64,000 nt of DNA, taken from positions 1 through 64,000 of IMG/VR virus record IMGVR_UViG_3300032030_000030; one strand, given 5' to 3'. Both the position numbers and the translations under genes were made by a program. Source of the DNA: a virus (Duplodnaviria > Caudoviricetes). Each line of letters begins with the position of its first letter. Position 1 is the stretch's first letter. Shown here piece after piece: positions 38,101 through 46,908 of this stretch. The notes below the pieces were generated by a model. It was not told where the DNA came from and made no database searches. It saw only the letters and a program-made list of their open reading frames with translations.

Positions 38101-40542
38101 GATGTTATGAGCAAAATGTCATTGGATGACCTTGAGGATGTCGCAAAGAAATTGAGAGGAAGAATTAATCCTTTGTCGCCATATACACAAGTTTACTTCC
38201 ATAATCAGAATGAAATTGGCGGTAAACTTATTGGTGCGTATGCAAATCATAACGCAGCACACGCAGCGGCACAATACTTCAATCTTAATATATCACAAAG
38301 AGGACAGTTCCTCTTTAATGGCAAGATAAAGACTTCTTTGCACGATACAGACCCAAGAATATCCAAGAACAACGCAGGATTCCTTGCTGCATCTGTGGAC
38401 AACGTAAAAGACCCTGTATTGTATTGGTTGAACCAAAACCTTTATACGGCTGACGTGTCTATGTTGCTTGCAAGGGCTGGATATTCAGCAGATGAAATCG
38501 GATTGCTTATGAATCAGCCAGTCATAAAGAAAGCGACAGATAACTTCGCAAATGGCTCTTATGGCAGCAAAGACAGGATATTTGGCAATGCTGTAAAAGA
38601 ATATTTTAATCTTGATTTAGAAGTAGGGAATGTTCTAAAGGTACTTAGAGAAACCTACGCTAAAAAAATGGATGAAATATTCAATAGGAAGACAAGCCGT
38701 GAAAAAAGTGGAATTGATGTAACAACAGCTGACTTGGTAAGCGAAATTGTCAATCCGACATCTGATGGTCAAAAAAAGATTGCAATGTTGTTCTTAAAAC
38801 TGCTTGAAACAGGACAGGAACTTAGCGATTTTACACAGGCTACCAAATTTGACACGCAGAATGGTGCGGCGAAGGCTTCCATTGCAGGCGACATAATCAA
38901 GTTGAACAAACTTGATGAAATAAAAACTTTACGCAGTGACAAAAGGCTTATTACATTTGACGAGAAATTGCTTGGAACTAAATTTACCCAAGGCAGAATA
39001 ATGGACAATGATGCTCTTATAAAGCAAATATACAGTAGTCCTTATCCGATGCTTACAGCATTTGGCGTTGCAGGCGTTTTGTCTACCGAAACATACATCG
39101 GAGACATATTCCCGTTCTTCAAGGGCAGATTAAGAGATATGTTCAAACAGTTTGAAACAATCAAAGGCTCTACGCTTACAGAGGATGAAATGTCTTCCAT
39201 CATGGAAGAGTTCTTGAACTTCTGGATGTCTGACATTCCAGATTTCGGAAGGAACAGCGATACAAGTCATCTCAGTCCTACTGACAAACGTAAAGTTTAT
39301 TTTGAGTTCTTCATAGACAACTTTTATATGAAGAAGGCTGAAAATAAGCGCATAAGGGAAAATGAGTTCATTAAGAGGTTGCAAGTCAAATATGTTGACA
39401 CGACAACAAACCAGAATGTAAACCCTGAGAATGTCAAGGAAGAGGATATAAAAAGTGGCAGATACGTGAGAATCCTTTGTATGCCAAATATAGGTTCTTT
39501 CGATAAAGATACAAAGCAAATGCTTTCAACTGAATGGGAGAAACTTTATTATAGCAACAAGAATGACGAACGCAAACTCGCTGTTGACTTACTGAGGTAT
39601 TCGTATTATAGAAATGGTCTTGGTTTTGCACCAGACTCATTCGGACATCTTGCTCCGTTATTCAGGACAGAACTTCCTGGATATATGGAAAGAATGGCAC
39701 AATTGCAAGACGATGAAAATATAACCGATGAACTCGTAGATAGATTTATGGAACAATATCTCAGGAATCATCCTACGAGCAAGATACTTGGGAATATCAA
39801 GGCGAAAGATGCGTATCCATTGTTTAAGTGGTCAGAGGAAGTAACAAACGAACTCTTGAGAGGAAAGTCATCGGTCAGAGTAACGTATGTATCACAAAAT
39901 AAAAAAGACCCAAACAGAAGATATGTCAACTACTTGCCAGATGTATTCTACGTAGGAAGTTATCTTATGCCAGGAGACATAAAAGGTGCAGAACCATTTG
40001 CCCTTATAACAGGCAAGGACGAGATGTTGAAACAATACATAAAAATTGACAATGTTATGTACAAACTCAATGAAGTAAATACACATTCGTTCTACGAAAA
40101 GATGAATGGTCTTGGCATTGCAAATGAAACGGATGGCGCACAGTTCCTTGAATACGATGCAAACACAAGCACCTTGTTGTCAGCCTTCGACATAAATGAC
40201 ACTTCGGCTTATGGACAGAGAAAGAATAACTACAAGAAGAGTTATACTGACTTTAAGTTGCTTGAAAACGATATGAGGGACGATTCGTTGCTGAGTATAT
40301 TGTTTGACAGCAAATACAACCAAGGATATGAAGCTTACAATACTGGTAACGAGGCTTCGACATTCCAAAAGTACATCGACGTCTACACCGACAGCATTGA
40401 ATATGCAAAGGACAACGATAAAACAAGCATTACTTATTCAAAGACCAGGTTTAAGGATGCACAAATAAATGAAGACTTAGATACGATAATAAGCAACATA
40501 CGTAAAGCGAATGACACAATAGAAGGAGTATGTAACGGATAA
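29155..40542 (+). CDS. crAss-like virion DNA-dependent RNA polymerase (multidomain)
   Basis: 3795 aa; GYRVPTEDKYS and GSDFDVDK catalytic motif (~aa 2737); N-terminal HEAVH and PD-(D/E)XK-like segments. Confidence 0.92.
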   Translation: MSSCSIPNRAVRSIADMTGKHPEEVNAICDIINDMIGDNADVAIGITDISDLKAVVEGVNNMFMDKDIASANAIKKAISDEISKHKDINPIKIISAAIEQDARAKYLKETAKFSFIDSHNNREDESNWSESENVETFINGFLDGKRDGNLLDFIRNIAGFNEIHSNNGMYDSVISLLEKINNGTGVKIAFRRRDENAPFAMKRGRKGYYNPTTKTIYINQDFDFKNGVNANGYRYSQLVETIFHEAVHAITSNLLQNKETKAKGEALLSKIKEIAAENGISTEDYGFKDIDEALSELMTNSFYDKLNSIKIPVENKLNFIQRVKNAILGFFANAFGISMANKTSGSNQRLWDFFREIVDTEGNFGDVSSVAPLRNYYQEESNITSIEKAENIIEGWEAYTKEHITFDSDKHEYYIDGTKVDTSVTQYENVLFGEPQIKGNYDFASIIGTAVDELTRDFYDKGEDYVRKTTYPNISEEHKEALMSDFKALKGYMDGRFPNGYKVITKEFPLAARVTDSNGTKTMAGTMDMLVIESDGTAHIFDMKAKNRKGFAFNDGGKYTYQLNTYKQILEDVLGFKGKVGSLQLIWFAQNYPSPEKIKYKIDDKKTIYVTEDVNLSEDKQKWIPMSEYTGWTKPSLTADNKRIGESIKVLPVEPHFDKVEPINDSWQDYVKDKSELASTTVDLSTDKDTLLANTQNVKTKGLVSAIDETHPDTVGPYYMTVDAKNGYVLRFDSDGIYEHTEATRPKNHDQNTYLYKLTYDADGHIVHTRLSDKEFKAIQPSIQNGIDSALEKIKNSKPSNIATNDEEVQSAYNALSAAIAGYNNSTKVVYVSSDAENTKTYKVSSESNKSKELKEQLTAIAKNGKAEKDVALTLPVADFKGIKVFDKIYFESRNGMIVTFQAMADGQYTLDGNITVVGNVDVIATNNFDIANAKFFEDVTSEKITKQVKEETFISKINNVKNKLGPKVYEDRRRLVSDDFAALVTSTGVSSLKEDMMKDLESRKSEMNPYDVQSELAYIDTIGTTDALNTFGKAHFFNELKSEYERRINVLNNIANGNLFLNNGEIDENAYKGIYSLLRPVKSKGVYKHTETQKNYAKKMAAKYEALIAQDVWDVITQDSIEQISEKLGVKMSLREDTATKINKDEMKDAEEEASDLGKPSTDMEEKTVESWQEEQSAKGKHSSLTVELKHELSNIQEYDDNGKPKVDDLGNPIYMDEEVAFAFLQSRLGQCLTMDEMQNEFEDMILSRKQYTGLFDKIKKDENNRCKNPNLRAAFYRAMKTQYKNIFATKQGKEQRRVGDGVEYVDSVVTFQINKVIAYRYMTDSAMSNIENGDILNTDSSIYDKDLKVKKKNVESAIERLKGVIDRVLENAYGVDLKQSTSAFWAKISNYSRENVLDVINGKETIKVYGKGKNKNTFTEVNVEDEPFLKEVANIYNVAYDTVTGLGFEITKNDVLDLIYTKKNKLFGDEGLFTILLNMLEDKSLFNTTSSGSIKMPMNNEDFKRNMIAIAKTMNAIGKNAIEKSTRENGKVVMSTTNTSYESEMKDNIKQDDDEKALAYINEEFNQYSWFNMKGNEEKLRKMAQNTFEHSFTPRQKTLLGTAYRNLFSGFKDANNPSKRIAKPGELLNNLKEFVRVYNLCCEQYASDGFNKGELETIMGGRVPAVYTEDKKLNALLREFEKNSTYRKGFDLYTLNHFNGKEYDDWSLAEYASVMMMNYYKERYTLKDGWTKNQYISIANPVLSDSPAAEFWRIKRRTKDDVNNLGFTLTQEQKDEYAALVYGTKADGKPYRFADLTENQGGSLVAMLEMTNIVQQEINRIGNVLQRDAMRTKAKEQYKKGNGALQKAEKERFEAEMTEYMRLKKSIEESSLSPEEKANELAAIEEARKPQPMKVYKSVKEEVDENGNLLWTEPDAYYDITRKSDGSIKNIGGAEFKFFPALNDVKITVGDTQMSFLKYITDLISSDGNIDLSNPTEGKPDIRDVVFREIVKIQKSGFEEAYSKWIQNGVFDTEFDYKTKTTNFKHFEANVPFQTKADEIDAKYLKESGNSSILMQTYNRTLKDEKGNKLQGDALAKAINDNIDLFKSNSHTDEEFEKLFESAKKDALATNGSFNKLYNLMKEHFKEIADKEKSENVNQLSDATKEILMEYYNQSCLGTALIEELTITDLAYYKNPNDFQKRYKEVYAPSERLCTDVPFGKEIETSLYIKDVEMASPDEMIENIKKILKAAGMKASEINDIASSFKRNNVVDAQAYRSPKAYRAVKAMAGDLSIEEKVVLSRIIGDLDYVVANVLTEEELEECKEKGISLESYPKITKDSSEADRKKFKDMIAKDSMHVFQTIKPFTYAQIGMDSGVESYGNIKIGTQHKNSEFALFWATEIGRHYADILGLAEDNNIKKLVSLGEFMDEHDIDLVQFHSAVKVGCYGVVDTEGYQEGDDFKKYLERQVYKYDESTGFVDYKQELPGIIKRIPYKNYGIQASTPEHLIDIEQLVGSQIRRLILADNNAKTPFYINGKEYTRQQLIDHYNALITENIIESLSDLDEMFSSPENIEELLLKEMQGNSQYTSDMMKAARLVTLEDGRKVFPLLCDPVVSKKIEALLNSIIKNRITKQKIKGGACIQVSCFGCEDLKVTWSEPDENGVRHPLEMECYMGAYSKDLFEPAMDKNGILDLNVLKNNVDKKTFDAITHAIGYRVPTEDKYSMARLKIKGFLPPINGSAIMLPKEITTLSGSDFDVDKMYLMLHEFKKTKRARFKNLGGTTAFVNKINSLFADKEALAFMKENGLAKGMEIDDVIKLFDTIGKSIEEYRQTEQQKGSRLSEWIKKKNGKDAFTKFMNYSSDIMTWAKKNSEKVKNGKVNAIAKELSDFIDKSSGIEVVNTVKVINYRNTKEEFNGEDALEQKLYYAKEARENNRAARNNEIIDVMQGIMSHPDTASKFLNPGSFDIQKKTARMIEIITGNDEETLKTTFNVNNINKLYDVMSKMSLDDLEDVAKKLRGRINPLSPYTQVYFHNQNEIGGKLIGAYANHNAAHAAAQYFNLNISQRGQFLFNGKIKTSLHDTDPRISKNNAGFLAASVDNVKDPVLYWLNQNLYTADVSMLLARAGYSADEIGLLMNQPVIKKATDNFANGSYGSKDRIFGNAVKEYFNLDLEVGNVLKVLRETYAKKMDEIFNRKTSREKSGIDVTTADLVSEIVNPTSDGQKKIAMLFLKLLETGQELSDFTQATKFDTQNGAAKASIAGDIIKLNKLDEIKTLRSDKRLITFDEKLLGTKFTQGRIMDNDALIKQIYSSPYPMLTAFGVAGVLSTETYIGDIFPFFKGRLRDMFKQFETIKGSTLTEDEMSSIMEEFLNFWMSDIPDFGRNSDTSHLSPTDKRKVYFEFFIDNFYMKKAENKRIRENEFIKRLQVKYVDTTTNQNVNPENVKEEDIKSGRYVRILCMPNIGSFDKDTKQMLSTEWEKLYYSNKNDERKLAVDLLRYSYYRNGLGFAPDSFGHLAPLFRTELPGYMERMAQLQDDENITDELVDRFMEQYLRNHPTSKILGNIKAKDAYPLFKWSEEVTNELLRGKSSVRVTYVSQNKKDPNRRYVNYLPDVFYVGSYLMPGDIKGAEPFALITGKDEMLKQYIKIDNVMYKLNEVNTHSFYEKMNGLGIANETDGAQFLEYDANTSTLLSAFDINDTSAYGQRKNNYKKSYTDFKLLENDMRDDSLLSILFDSKYNQGYEAYNTGNEASTFQKYIDVYTDSIEYAKDNDKTSITYSKTRFKDAQINEDLDTIISNIRKANDTIEGVCNG

Positions 40543-40553
40543 AATACAAAGAA

Positions 40554-43500
40554 ATGGGAGCAAGTTGCAGCATAGACCTTTATATTAAAAACGATAAAGG
40601 CGAAGAGACAAAATCTCAGTTGTACAGTGATTTAAGAAATTTCACTACAACACAACGTGAAGCAAATAAGTTTTACAATGGCATAATGTCTTTAAAAGGA
40701 GAAGAATTGTGGGAACGCCTTCAAAAAGATTCTAATGGCGAACCCACAATCCAATCCTTAATTAGACATGGGCTTGGGAACCTTGTATCTGGAATCCCAG
40801 AGAACGTACTAAAAAGGAAGTATGGCTTCCTTGCGAGAGATGGAGGTGTAAGACGAGTACAACCTGGAACTAATACAGAAGCATTGAAGATGATAGAAAA
40901 TGTCATTGCATTTAACAATGACCCAGTAAACGAAGGTTTTATGGCAAAAATTAGAACACGCTGGGACAAAGGTGATATGTATGTTGACATTCAGCCTACA
41001 TACAAATACGATGACAATAAGATAGACTTGATAGCAAAGAAAAAAATTGAAGCATACAAGCAAATTCAAGACGCAATCCTTGCTACTGGCAAGTATATAC
41101 CTATTATAAGAGCGATTGGAGAAGCGGTTACTTCCAATGTTAAATTAGTGTCGAATACAAGTTTCGACCCGTCACTCACTATGAAAGCATTCCTTGCATC
41201 AATGGATTTAATCAATGGTCACAGATTTGGGTTCTCAAATGTATTCGACATCCTTAAAGTGTCACAAAATGACTTGGATAGCTATTTGACACCAATTGTC
41301 GATGCCATTACAGAGTATTATACTCATCCAGCAACAATAGATAGTTTCTCACAGAATATCTTTGGGTATCTTGCCGAATCGTTTGCTTCCGAATTTAATG
41401 ATTCATTGCATATTGGAGACAATGCTATAATAGCAGAGAATGAGTTTGAAACACAAACAGACAAGGAAAGCGGTGTAACTAAGGCTACTAATGCCACTAC
41501 GAGTAAAATGATTAAGAGATTGCTTACAATGGCATTACAAGGTAAAAAGAGTGGTGTTAGTTATGTTGACACACTCATAAGCCAAATGCTTGAAGATGTT
41601 ACTAAGCAGATACGTTCAAGTTCTATTGTAGATAGCACAACAGGTAAGTTTGCTGATAGCCTTATGGATATGACCAAGAACAATTCGTTTGTACCTCTTG
41701 AATCAGAAATAATCAAGGGAACATTTGACAAGGAACAAGACAAGAAGGATTCAGTCATATTGGACAAGGCGATAACTAACGCAACAGACCAAATCAAAAG
41801 TCTATCTCACTATACGGTAGAATTGAATAAGATTTTCAATGGAATACTTGATGCCGAATATAGGAGAAGAAGTATTTTTAGGGAGAAGAAAGGTCTTAGT
41901 GAAGTACATAGGAATCTTATTGAGGTTGACCTTGAAAGAATGGATAGAGTCCTTAAGAGACTTTCAAGAGCAAGGCGTTCTCAGAAATTCTCACTTGGTA
42001 TATTCGAGTATATTAAAGAAATTGGAGAAAGAGCAAAGGATTACAATGAGTTGGTAAGGGAAATGAACAAGGAAGACTTTTCCATTAAGAAGAAAGCATC
42101 TATTCTTAGGGATTTGTTTGATTTTATCAATATGTACGATAATACTTCCAAGGGTATCAGGCAGTTGATACTCGATGGTGGTACTTTTGCAGAAGAGGTG
42201 ATTGAATCCTCTCTTAAAGACATAGAATATGTGTTCAATGTACCTCTAAAAGGAGTGGAGTATGAGAAGATGAAAGATAGTGATGATGAGAAAATAAGAA
42301 ATCTTATCACATTGAAGCGAAATATGAACACTTGGTCTGACTCTGAGAAGATAAAGCACATTGACGAGATATACGAAAATGCCAAGACATATTTGGAATG
42401 GGCTATCGAAAACTCAAAGCAATATAGCGAAGACACAAAAGACCAGAAACTTGAAAAGATGAATGAACTCATTGGTATTCTCGATGTTGCGAAAGAGTAT
42501 CTTACTATGGCACAAAAGGATAGTCTTAGGGAAAAGCAAGAAACTGTTGCATCCAGTCTTGACGCATACGATGGTATAGTTCGTAGTCTTGAAGCAAGTT
42601 TTAGGAATATGGCAAAACCTATGATTGTAAAGTTCCTTGAAACATATATGGATGACAAACAAAAGGTTGTTAAATTTGGCGAGTATCTTGGCTTTAAGAA
42701 AGGAGAGACTGTTTCGGTTGAAAAATTGCTCACAACAATCACTTCTGATATTAATGCTTATCAGCGTTGGTTTTCGTCATTGACGAATGCCCCAGACCTT
42801 ATTCTTAACCTTATAAGCGAATCTATCAAGAGAGAAAAGTTCCTTGCTCAGCAAGAGTTCAAAAACTTTACTGACGATGTAAGACGCGAGGCTATCTTGC
42901 TTGAAGAAGCAGGAATTGAGAATACCGATTGGATGTTTGAACTTGATGAGAATGGCAACAGAACAGGATATTATGTACGTTCCGAATATGAGAAAACAGT
43001 ATTTGATGAATGTATGAAGGATAAGTTTGTTAGAAAAACGTTGAAATTGCTTCCTGGTGAAACATATAATCCTGCAAATTATATAGGTACTGAAAATGAA
43101 GGCTTAGTTGAGTGGTTTACGAAGTATTACAATAACAGGCTTGCGTATCACGAAGCAATGGGTGTTGTGGAGAACAAACAATACAGGGATATAATGTCAA
43201 ATCCTGCAAAAAAAAGATTCTATGAGTTCTTTATGAACAACTATGAAAGACTACAAAATATGTATCCTCCACGAGTTGTTCAAAAGAGCAGGATAATAGG
43301 AATCAAAATGAGTGAAAAGGAACGTATGAGAGAAGCAAATGGCATCAAGGGTCTTGTAAAAGGTGCTTGGAATGGTTTTGTAGATAGTATTACAACAACC
43401 TACGACGAAGATATGGCTACAATGCGCGTGGACCCAGCAGGACATGAAATAAAGATGCTTCCAATATATTTCTGCAACTTTAAAGACGAGGATATTCCTA

Positions 43501-45230
43501 CTGTTTCAAAAGATTGCGTAGCAAGTCTTCTCGCTTATGCAGGCAAGGCTTATGAATACAATAGATTAAATGAAGTGGTAGATGCAATAGAGCTTACGAG
43601 AGAGATATTAAAGGACAGAGAAATCGAACTAAGAGTAGGTGATACTCCATTTGTAGAGAGTGTAAACAGAGAAATGAAGCGTCTTGCAAGGAAAATGAAG
43701 AAGATTGCAAAGAATCAGGAAACAAACGAACTTGACGAAATGCAAATCCTTAAACGCAAAGACGAAGGAACAAGCAACGCTTCTCAAATGTTGAATGACA
43801 TACTCGATGCTTCTTTGTATGGTAGATATCATGTGAGAGAGCAATCTGTAAATATACTTGGAAAGAATATTAACTTTGGCAAGGTTGCAGACTTCCTCAA
43901 TAGAAGAACTGCCGAATCAGCGTTGTCTCTTTCATTAACAAACGGTTTGTCTAATGTAACAACAGGTTCTATTATGATGCATATCGAAGGAACTCGTTGG
44001 CTTGGAGATAAGGATGCTCAACGATATTTCTCAAATAGGGATATTGACTGGGCAAACAGGACTTATTTCAAGGATTCCATACAAATAGCAATGGAAGTTG
44101 CAGGTAAGTCAAAGGCTAAGAAAAATAAGATTGTACTTCTTGGAGAATTATTTGATGTGCAATCAGATTTTGTAGAAATGATGTCAAGGTCAGATTGGTC
44201 ATTTGGTACATTTGGAAGAATGTATGGAGACCTTTGCCAGTTTATGCAAAATGCAGGCGAACATTGGATGGCATACAAAACAATGCTCTGTTTGTTGAGA
44301 AACAAGAAACTCAAAGATGCCAATGGTGGTGATATAACGTTGTATGATGCATTTGAGGTTAAATACATCGACAAAGATGGTAACTTGACAACATCAGACC
44401 AAGGATATGGTGGCAAACTCGTTTTAAAGGACGGAATAAAGAACGAAGATGGCAGTGAAATATCCAAGGAAGATATGCAAGAGATGATTTATTCATTACA
44501 TAAACGTATGGTAGGTATAAATCACGGTATGCACGGTATATATAATACGCAAGACTTGGCAGCAGCACAACGATATGCCATTGGTAGAATGGCTTATTTT
44601 CTCAGACACTGGATTCCTGCATCAATCAATAAGAGATGGGCGAAGGTAACATACGACAAGGATATTCAAGATTGGAGAGAAGGATATTACCGTACTTGTG
44701 GACGCTTTGCAATGCAACTTCTTAATGATGTTGTAAGAGGGGATAAACGTATGAAAGAAGTATGGGCTGCACTTGAACCAGAAGAAAAAGCCAATATAAA
44801 TAGAGGCTTAGTTGAAGTAACAAGTTTCATTCTTGCTTCTATTGCAGCAAGCATTCTTTACGGTATGGGCAAGGGTCCAGACAGAGATAGGTTCAAAGAT
44901 AATTATGGATTCAGAATGTTAAGGTATCAAATGCTAAGATTAAAATCAGAACTTGGCTTTTTTGTACCAAACAAACAGATGTTCTCTGAATACCTACGTA
45001 TTTTTAAGTCTCCTATTGCAGCAATCAATATAGGAGAGTCTGCTTTAGGACTGTTAAAACTATTGTGGATTCCCGATATATGGAATGAAGTTGATAGAGG
45101 TCCATTCAAAGGACACAGCCAATGGTTCAAATCATTCTTTGGAAACAGGGCATTGTGGCCAAGACTCAATGTAATTATCAGAAATACTGTTGGTCTCGAA
45201 GAGGCTGAAAGACAATATATCACACAATAG
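40554..45230 (+). CDS. large virion cargo/ejection protein
   Basis: 1558-aa helical ORF directly after RNAP, hydrophobic segment near C-terminus. Confidence 0.7.
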   Translation: MGASCSIDLYIKNDKGEETKSQLYSDLRNFTTTQREANKFYNGIMSLKGEELWERLQKDSNGEPTIQSLIRHGLGNLVSGIPENVLKRKYGFLARDGGVRRVQPGTNTEALKMIENVIAFNNDPVNEGFMAKIRTRWDKGDMYVDIQPTYKYDDNKIDLIAKKKIEAYKQIQDAILATGKYIPIIRAIGEAVTSNVKLVSNTSFDPSLTMKAFLASMDLINGHRFGFSNVFDILKVSQNDLDSYLTPIVDAITEYYTHPATIDSFSQNIFGYLAESFASEFNDSLHIGDNAIIAENEFETQTDKESGVTKATNATTSKMIKRLLTMALQGKKSGVSYVDTLISQMLEDVTKQIRSSSIVDSTTGKFADSLMDMTKNNSFVPLESEIIKGTFDKEQDKKDSVILDKAITNATDQIKSLSHYTVELNKIFNGILDAEYRRRSIFREKKGLSEVHRNLIEVDLERMDRVLKRLSRARRSQKFSLGIFEYIKEIGERAKDYNELVREMNKEDFSIKKKASILRDLFDFINMYDNTSKGIRQLILDGGTFAEEVIESSLKDIEYVFNVPLKGVEYEKMKDSDDEKIRNLITLKRNMNTWSDSEKIKHIDEIYENAKTYLEWAIENSKQYSEDTKDQKLEKMNELIGILDVAKEYLTMAQKDSLREKQETVASSLDAYDGIVRSLEASFRNMAKPMIVKFLETYMDDKQKVVKFGEYLGFKKGETVSVEKLLTTITSDINAYQRWFSSLTNAPDLILNLISESIKREKFLAQQEFKNFTDDVRREAILLEEAGIENTDWMFELDENGNRTGYYVRSEYEKTVFDECMKDKFVRKTLKLLPGETYNPANYIGTENEGLVEWFTKYYNNRLAYHEAMGVVENKQYRDIMSNPAKKRFYEFFMNNYERLQNMYPPRVVQKSRIIGIKMSEKERMREANGIKGLVKGAWNGFVDSITTTYDEDMATMRVDPAGHEIKMLPIYFCNFKDEDIPTVSKDCVASLLAYAGKAYEYNRLNEVVDAIELTREILKDREIELRVGDTPFVESVNREMKRLARKMKKIAKNQETNELDEMQILKRKDEGTSNASQMLNDILDASLYGRYHVREQSVNILGKNINFGKVADFLNRRTAESALSLSLTNGLSNVTTGSIMMHIEGTRWLGDKDAQRYFSNRDIDWANRTYFKDSIQIAMEVAGKSKAKKNKIVLLGELFDVQSDFVEMMSRSDWSFGTFGRMYGDLCQFMQNAGEHWMAYKTMLCLLRNKKLKDANGGDITLYDAFEVKYIDKDGNLTTSDQGYGGKLVLKDGIKNEDGSEISKEDMQEMIYSLHKRMVGINHGMHGIYNTQDLAAAQRYAIGRMAYFLRHWIPASINKRWAKVTYDKDIQDWREGYYRTCGRFAMQLLNDVVRGDKRMKEVWAALEPEEKANINRGLVEVTSFILASIAASILYGMGKGPDRDRFKDNYGFRMLRYQMLRLKSELGFFVPNKQMFSEYLRIFKSPIAAINIGESALGLLKLLWIPDIWNEVDRGPFKGHSQWFKSFFGNRALWPRLNVIIRNTVGLEEAERQYITQ

Positions 45231-45254
45231 CAATGTTTTCAAAGTTTCAAAGTT

Positions 45255-45291
45255 AACGACGGATTATTAAGTCCGTCGTTTTCTTTTTTTT
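45255..45291 (+). terminator. intrinsic terminator
   Basis: AACGACGGA...TCCGTCGTT plus T run. Confidence 0.85.
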
Positions 45292-45309
45292 ATGAACCGC
45301 CAATCACTC

Positions 45310-45339
45310 GGTCAATCACTATCCATTGAACCGCAACCA
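45310..45339 (+). promoter_or_regulatory. candidate phage-RNAP promoter, copy 1
   Basis: GGTCAATCACTATCCATTGAACCGCAACCA; 23/30 identical to 49643-49672. Confidence 0.6.
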
Positions 45340-45413
45340 ATTATGGTAATCAATTAACGGAGGTATAGCGGTTCTACCTCTATAAAACAAAAAACATTTA
45401 AAAACTTTTAACC

Positions 45414-46019
45414 ATGAACGCATTTCTTTTTAACAACTTCGCATCAGCTAAGACAGTAGACATTCGTAAGGCACTCACAATGACAGCTCTCTCTTCGGAA
45501 GAGACGCTCGAGAACGGCACCAAGGTCAAGATTGAAGCCAGGGATGCCGTAGCCTTCGAGAAGGACCCTGACAATCGCTCTGAACTCAGCAACAAGGACA
45601 TCACTCTCGCCTTCACATTCCGTCAGACTGTCGGCAGTGAGTCACAGGCGTACAAGATTTCTGCGCCGATTTCAACAGAACTCTGGGACGCATTGGACGA
45701 GGGTCGTGAACTCATCAAGGTTCCTTACGCAGAAGACTACAATCGTTCTGACATCAAGGGCGCAAAGGAGAACTTGAAGAAACTTGCTGAACTCGATGTC
45801 AAAATCTATGTCTTCGACGCTTGGGACGACAAGGCAGGTCAATATCCTACTGACAGCGAAGGCAAACCAATCTATGAGAACTTCATTGCAGGTTTGCCTG
45901 GTGAGTTCGAGATTGACCCTGACCAGCCGCGTAAGAAGGACAACATCGGCAAGAACAAGAAGGCTGCAACCGCAAAGTCTGTAAAGGCAGAAGCTGCTAA
46001 CGAAGAGGAAATCTTCTAA
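45414..46019 (+). CDS. SSB-like early protein, paralog A
   Basis: Collinear similarity to 51291-51899; acidic tail ending EEEIF; biased codons. Confidence 0.65.
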   Translation: MNAFLFNNFASAKTVDIRKALTMTALSSEETLENGTKVKIEARDAVAFEKDPDNRSELSNKDITLAFTFRQTVGSESQAYKISAPISTELWDALDEGRELIKVPYAEDYNRSDIKGAKENLKKLAELDVKIYVFDAWDDKAGQYPTDSEGKPIYENFIAGLPGEFEIDPDQPRKKDNIGKNKKAATAKSVKAEAANEEEIF

Positions 46020-46025
46020 CAACAT

Positions 46026-46042
46026 TTGCTGTATCCGAAGTA
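46026..46042 (+). repeat. 17-bp direct repeat TTGCTGTATCCGAAGTA, copy 1
   Basis: Identical to 51146-51162. Confidence 0.9.
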
Positions 46043-46108
46043 CAACCGACCTGAGCAAGTCGTTAAACTACTCATTTTTTAATTGTAAAACTCAAAATCA
46101 TAAATAAA

Positions 46109-46501
46109 ATGAAAACAACACTCAGAAGAGATATGTCAATCAAGGCAATGGCTATGCTTATAATGGCAGCAATTCGTGCAGATGAAACAGCGGCAAAAAG
46201 GATTGCTGCTTGTTTGTCAATACGGGATTTGTCGTTCATTACGTCAGATGCAGTAGTTCCAGAAACTGTCTCCGTAGTCAATACTGACGTTTTTGAGCAG
46301 GCAACAAACATTTCGGTTGATGCAATCAAGGAAATATCTTTGAATCGTCTTGACCACGAAGACGGAGAAGGTTACGAAGTCTTGGTAAGGGGCTTTGCTT
46401 CCAAAGAAGAAATGGACTCAAAGTCCTGGAACGAAGCAACTGTAATCAGATTCCCGTTGGAATTGTGTCCTGACTATGGTCTCGACTACACAACAGCATA
46501 A
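46109..46501 (+). CDS. hypothetical protein
   Basis: ORF with A-rich leader. Confidence 0.75.
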   Translation: MKTTLRRDMSIKAMAMLIMAAIRADETAAKRIAACLSIRDLSFITSDAVVPETVSVVNTDVFEQATNISVDAIKEISLNRLDHEDGEGYEVLVRGFASKEEMDSKSWNEATVIRFPLELCPDYGLDYTTA

Positions 46502-46605
46502 TGTTGCTATGGCGAAAGAGAAAATTAATCCAAAGACGTTGATGGCTCCATTCTCTCCCTATTAAATTAGGTCTTGGAGTAAAACGCAAACTAATACTAA
46601 AGCAT

Positions 46606-46908
46606 ATGACAAATCCTGTACGCAGCCTTGTTTGGCGTAATTGTATCGCCAGAGGCACTCACAAGGTATTCAAAATGGAATGGTTCAAGAAAGGCCGTTC
46701 TACTTGCGAATACAGTAGAGTTTTCCTCCTCAACTCTACACAAGCAACTGAGGAGAAATTCAAGATAGTAGTTAACTATGGTTACAAAGGTGATTTCGAC
46801 TATTGCAACATCTACGACATATCCCAACGTGAGGATATGGATAACGCAGAGTGCAATGGCGTTATCCCTAAATATTCGGAAATTAAAAGGCAACATGAAT
46901 ACAAATAA
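46606..46908 (+). CDS. hypothetical protein
   Basis: ORF; true start may be further upstream. Confidence 0.6.
   Translation: MTNPVRSLVWRNCIARGTHKVFKMEWFKKGRSTCEYSRVFLLNSTQATEEKFKIVVNYGYKGDFDYCNIYDISQREDMDNAECNGVIPKYSEIKRQHEYK

Noticed and set aside
29155-45230. Many minus-strand ORFs inside the giant genes
   Set aside because: Antisense shadows of biased coding sequence.
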